Assembly (NCBI GenBank): GCA_964016885.1
Contig: CAXHJY010000538.1
Span: forward strand, 1-37,809
DNA: 37,809 bases
Source: Eledone cirrhosa
Taxonomy: Eukaryota
Reading direction: 5' to 3'
Of the stretch, positions 30,522 to 37,809 are shown piece by piece (the stretch's first letter is position 1; each line of letters begins with the position of its first letter). The notes under the pieces were generated by a model that saw nothing but the letters and a program-made list of their open reading frames with translations, did no database searches and was not told the DNA's origin. The translations under genes and the position numbers were made by a program.

Positions 30522-30559
<38 letters not shown>

Positions 30560-30834
30560 GACATATATATATATATATATACATATATATATAAATATAC
30601 ATATAGACATATATATATATATACATATAGACATATATATATATATATATACATATAGACATATATATATATATATACATATAGACATATATATATATAT
30701 ATATATACATATAGACATATATATATATATATATATATACATATAGACATATATATATATATATACATATAGACATATATATATATATATATATACATAT
30801 AGACATATATATATATATATATATACATATAGAC

Positions 30835-30867
<33 letters not shown>

Positions 30868-31384
30868 GACATATATATATATATATATATATACATATAG
30901 ACACATATATATATATATATATACATATAGACATATATATATATATATATATATACATATAGACATATATATATATATATATATACATATAGACATAATA
31001 TATATATATATATATACATATAGACATATATATATATATATATATACATATAGACATATATATATATATATATATATACATATAGACATATATATATATA
31101 TATATATACATATAGACATATATATATATATATATATACATATAGACATATATATATATATATATACATATAGACATATATATATATATATATACACATA
31201 TAGACATATATATATATATATACATATAGACATATATATATATATATATATACATATAGACATATATATATATATATATACATATAGACATATATATATA
31301 TAATATATATACATATAGACATATATATATATATATATATATACATATAGACATATATATATATATATATATATACATATAGAC

Positions 31385-31415
<31 letters not shown>

Positions 31416-31444
31416 GACATATATATATATATATACATATAGAC

Positions 31445-31475
<31 letters not shown>

Positions 31476-31504
31476 GACATATATATATATATATACATAT
31501 AGAC

Positions 31505-31535
<31 letters not shown>

Positions 31536-31647
31536 GACATATATATATATATATATATACATATAGACATATATATATATATATATATATATACATAAAG
31601 ACATATATATATATACATATAGACATATATATATATATATACATATA

Positions 31648-31685
<38 letters not shown>

Positions 31686-31848
31686 GACATATATATATAT
31701 ATATACATATAGACATATATATATATATATACAGATATATATATATATATACATATAGACATATATATATATATATATATACATATAGACATATATATAT
31801 ATATATACATATAGACATATATATATATATATATATATACATATAGAC

Positions 31849-31879
<31 letters not shown>

Positions 31880-32038
31880 GACATATATATATATATATAT
31901 ATACATATAGACATATATATATATATATAAATATAGACATATATATATATATATACATATAGACATATATATATATGTCTATATGTATATATATATATAT
32001 ATATATATTATATACATATAGACATATATATATATATG

Positions 32039-32083
<45 letters not shown>

Positions 32084-32099
32084 GACATATATATATGTC

Positions 32100-32137
<38 letters not shown>

Positions 32138-32233
32138 GACATATATATATATATATATATATACATATAGACATATATATATATATATAATATATATATA
32201 TATATATAGACATATATATATAATATATATATA

Positions 32234-32289
<56 letters not shown>

Positions 32290-32345
32290 ACTTATATATA
32301 TATATATATACATATAGACATATATATATATATATACATATAGAC

Positions 32346-32380
<35 letters not shown>

Positions 32381-32408
32381 ATATATATATATATATATAC
32401 ATATAGAC

Positions 32409-32441
<33 letters not shown>

Positions 32442-32541
32442 GACATATATATATATATATATATATACATATAGACATATATATATATATATATACATAT
32501 AGACATATATATAATATAATATATATATACATATAGACATA

Positions 32542-32573
<32 letters not shown>

Positions 32574-32604
32574 CATATAGACATATATATATATATACAT
32601 ATAG

Positions 32605-32635
<31 letters not shown>

Positions 32636-32696
32636 AGACATATATATAATATATATATATATATATATACATAGATATATATATATATATATAGAC

Positions 32697-32769
<73 letters not shown>

Positions 32770-32784
32770 CATATATACATATAC

Positions 32785-32820
<36 letters not shown>

Positions 32821-33348
32821 AATATATATATACATATATACATATATATATATATAGACATATAGATATATATATATATATACATATAGATATATATATA
32901 TATATATACATATAGATATATAGATATATATATACATATAGACATAATAGATATATATATATATACATATAGACATATATATATATATATATATATACAT
33001 ATAGACATATATATATATATATATACATATAGACATATATATATATATATACATATAGACATATATATATATATATACATATAGACATATATATATATAT
33101 ATACATATAGACATATATATATATATATACATATAGACATATATATATATATATATACATATAGACATATATATATACATATAGACATATATATATATAT
33201 ATATACATATAGACATATATATATATATATATACATATAGACATATATATATATATATATACATATAGACATATATATATATATATATATACATATAGAC
33301 ATATATATATATATATATACATATAGACATATATATATACATATAGAC

Positions 33349-33379
<31 letters not shown>

Positions 33380-33786
33380 GACATATATATATGTATATAT
33401 ATATACATATAGACATATATATATATATATACATATAGACATATAATATATATATATATATACATATAGACATATATATATATATATATACATATAGACA
33501 TATATATATATATATATATACATATAGACATATATATATATATATATACATATAGACATATATATATACATATATATATATATACATAGAGGCATATATA
33601 TATATACATATAGACATATATATATATATATATACATATAGACTATATATATATATATATACATATAGACATATATATATATATATATATACATATAGAC
33701 ATATATATATATATATATATACATATAGACATATATATATATATATATACATATAGACATATATATATATATATATACATATAGAC

Positions 33787-33819
<33 letters not shown>

Positions 33820-33886
33820 GACATATATATATATATATATATATACATATAGACATATATATATATATATATATATACATATAGAC

Positions 33887-33955
<69 letters not shown>

Positions 33956-34072
33956 GACATATATATATATATATATATACATATAGACATATATATATAT
34001 ATATATACATATAGACATATATATATATATATATACATATAGACATATATATATATATATATACATATAGAC

Positions 34073-34103
<31 letters not shown>

Positions 34104-34169
34104 GACATATATATATATATATATATACATATAGACATATATATATATATATATATACATATAGACATA

Positions 34170-34225
<56 letters not shown>

Positions 34226-34303
34226 TAGACTATATATATAGACATATATATATATATATATACATATAGACATATATATATATATATATATATACATATA
34301 GAC

Positions 34304-34334
<31 letters not shown>

Positions 34335-34563
34335 GACATATATATGTATATATATATATATACATATAGACATATATATATATATATATACATATAGACA
34401 TATATATATACATATAGACATATATATATATATATACATATAGACATATATATATATATATATACATATAGACATATATATATATATATATATACATATA
34501 GACATATATATATATATATATATACATATAGACATATATATATATATATATATACATATAGAC

Positions 34564-34594
<31 letters not shown>

Positions 34595-34597
34595 GAC

Positions 34598-34628
<31 letters not shown>

Positions 34629-34663
34629 GACATATATATATATATATATATATACATATAGAC

Positions 34664-34696
<33 letters not shown>

Positions 34697-34699
34697 GAC

Positions 34700-34732
<33 letters not shown>

Positions 34733-35075
34733 GACATATATATATATATATATATACATATAGACATATATATATATATATATACATATAGACATATATA
34801 TATATATATATATACATATAGACATATATATATATATATATACATATAGACATATATATATATATATACATATAGACTATATATATATATATATACATAT
34901 AGACATATATATATATATATATATATACATATAGACATATATATATATATATATACATATATATATAATATATATATATATATATACATATAGACATATA
35001 TATATATATAGACATATATATATATATATATATACATATAGACATATATATATATATATATATATACATATAGAC

Positions 35076-35106
<31 letters not shown>

Positions 35107-35109
35107 GAC

Positions 35110-35140
<31 letters not shown>

Positions 35141-35334
35141 GACATATATATATATATATATACATATAGACATATATATATATATATATACATATAGACA
35201 TATATATATATATATATATACATATAGACATATATATATATATATATATATACATATAGACATATATATATATATATATATACATATAGACATATATATA
35301 TATATATATACATATAACATATATACATATAGAC

Positions 35335-35365
<31 letters not shown>

Positions 35366-35371
35366 GACATA

Positions 35372-35425
<54 letters not shown>

Positions 35426-35909
35426 CATATAGACATATATATATATATATATATACATATAGACATATATATATATATATATACATATAGACATATATAT
35501 ATATATATATACATATAGACATATATATATATATATATACATATAGACATATATATATATATATATATATATAGACATATATATATATATATATATATAC
35601 ATATAGACATATATATATATATATATATACATATAGACATATATATATATATATATATATACATATAGACATATATATATATATATATATACATATAGAC
35701 ATATATATATATATATATATACATATAGACATATATATATATATATATATATACATATAGACTATATATATATATATATACATATAGACATATATATATA
35801 TATATATATACATATAGACATATATATATATATATATATATACATATAGACATATATATATATATATATATACATATAGACATATATATATATATATATA
35901 CATATAGAC

Positions 35910-35940
<31 letters not shown>

Positions 35941-36056
35941 GACATATATATATATATATATATACATATAGACATATATATATATATATATACATATAGA
36001 CTATATATATATATATATACATATAGACATATATATATATATATATACATATAGAC

Positions 36057-36087
<31 letters not shown>

Positions 36088-36148
36088 GACATATATATAT
36101 ATATATATATACATATAGACATATATATATATATATATACATATAGAC

Positions 36149-36203
<55 letters not shown>

Positions 36204-36317
36204 TATAGACATATATATAATATAGACATATATATATATATATATATATACATATAGACATATATATATATATATATATACATATAGACATATATATATA
36301 TATATATACATATAGAC

Positions 36318-36348
<31 letters not shown>

Positions 36349-36550
36349 GACATATATATATATAATATATATATACATATAGACATATATATATAATATA
36401 GACATATATATATATATATTACATATAGACATATATATATATATATATACATATAGACATATATATATATATATATATACATATAGACATATATATATAT
36501 ATATATATATACATATAGACATATATATATATATATATATACATATAGAC

Positions 36551-36581
<31 letters not shown>

Positions 36582-36767
36582 GACATATATATAATATATA
36601 TATACATATAGACATATATATATATATATATATACATATAGACATATATATATATATATATATACATATAGACATATATATATATATATATATATACATA
36701 TAGACATATATATATATATATATATATACATATAGACATATATATATATATATATATACATATAGAC

Positions 36768-36801
<34 letters not shown>

Positions 36802-37043
36802 ATATATATACATATAATATATATATAAATATATATATACATATAGACATATATATATATATATATACATATAGACATATATATATATATATATACATAT
36901 AGACATATATATATATATATATATACATATAGACATATATATATATATATATATATACATATAGACATATATATAATATATACATATATATATATATATA
37001 TACATATAGACATATATATATATATATATATATACATATAGAC

Positions 37044-37074
<31 letters not shown>

Positions 37075-37465
37075 GACATATATATATTATATATATACAT
37101 ATAGACATATATATATATATATATACATATAGACATATATATATATATATACATATAGACATATATATATATATATATATACATATAGACATATATATAT
37201 ATATACATATAGACATATATATATATATATATATACATATAGACATATATATATATATATATACATATAGACATATACATATAGACATATATATATATAT
37301 ATATATATACATATAGACATATATATATATATATACATATAGACATATATATATATATATATATAGACATATATATATATATACATATAGACATATATAT
37401 ATATACATATAGACATATATATATATATATACATATAGACATATATATATATATATATACATATA

Positions 37466-37503
<38 letters not shown>

Positions 37504-37716
37504 TTATATATATATATATATATACATATAGATCATAATCATATAGACATATATATATATATCATATACATATAGACATATATATATTAAATATATTTAC
37601 ATATAGACTATATATATATATATATATATACTATAGACATATATATACTATATATACATATAGACATATATATATATTAAATATATACATATAGACATAT
37701 ATATATATTTATAGAC

Positions 37717-37747
<31 letters not shown>

Positions 37748-37766
37748 TATATATATATATATATAT
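30276..37766. repeat. CATATAGACA(TA)n minisatellite array (~7.5 kb)
   Basis: Seen directly. Same unit and orientation as 24170-26772, with local inverted units near 31975-32110. Confidence 0.97.
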
Positions 37767-37809
37767 CATCATCCAATCATCTCATCAGCGTTTAACGTCA
37801 GTGTTCCAC
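37767..37809 (-). mobile_element. 3' terminus of another RTE (or RTE-tailed SINE) copy, cut by the window edge
   Basis: CATCATC...CAGCGTTTAACGTC.GTGTTCCAC is the reverse complement of the tail at ~18207-18253. Confidence 0.8.

Overview
This is eukaryotic DNA with no recognisable host gene. Most of the window is (TA)n-derived micro/minisatellite, and the non-repeat islands are retroelements inserted into TA arrays. These comprise: four copies of a short non-autonomous RTE-derived element (minus strand); a 5'-truncated, frameshifted CR1/L2-group LINE (+); an apparently intact two-ORF CR1/L2-group LINE (-); 5'-truncated RTE LINEs of two subfamilies, each with a PHD finger inside the RT (+); and a Neptune-like Penelope-like element with 830-bp inverted pseudo-LTRs, each carrying a minimal hammerhead ribozyme. 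The 3' tails resemble those I recall from octopus/cephalopod LINEs and SINEs; this is inference, not a search result. The most interesting object is the intact LINE at 12483-16537. Its ORF1 combines a trihelix/Myb-SANT-like N-terminus with a CCCH zinc finger. Its ORF2 has no AUG upstream of the first endonuclease motif, but is reachable by a -1 frameshift at an HIV-type U_UUU_UUA slippery site. Its 5' UTR looks like a 3' splice acceptor. The noisy ends of the window and scattered indels suggest long-read or low-coverage sequence. The many Tyr/Ile ORFs are artefacts of the TA repeats.
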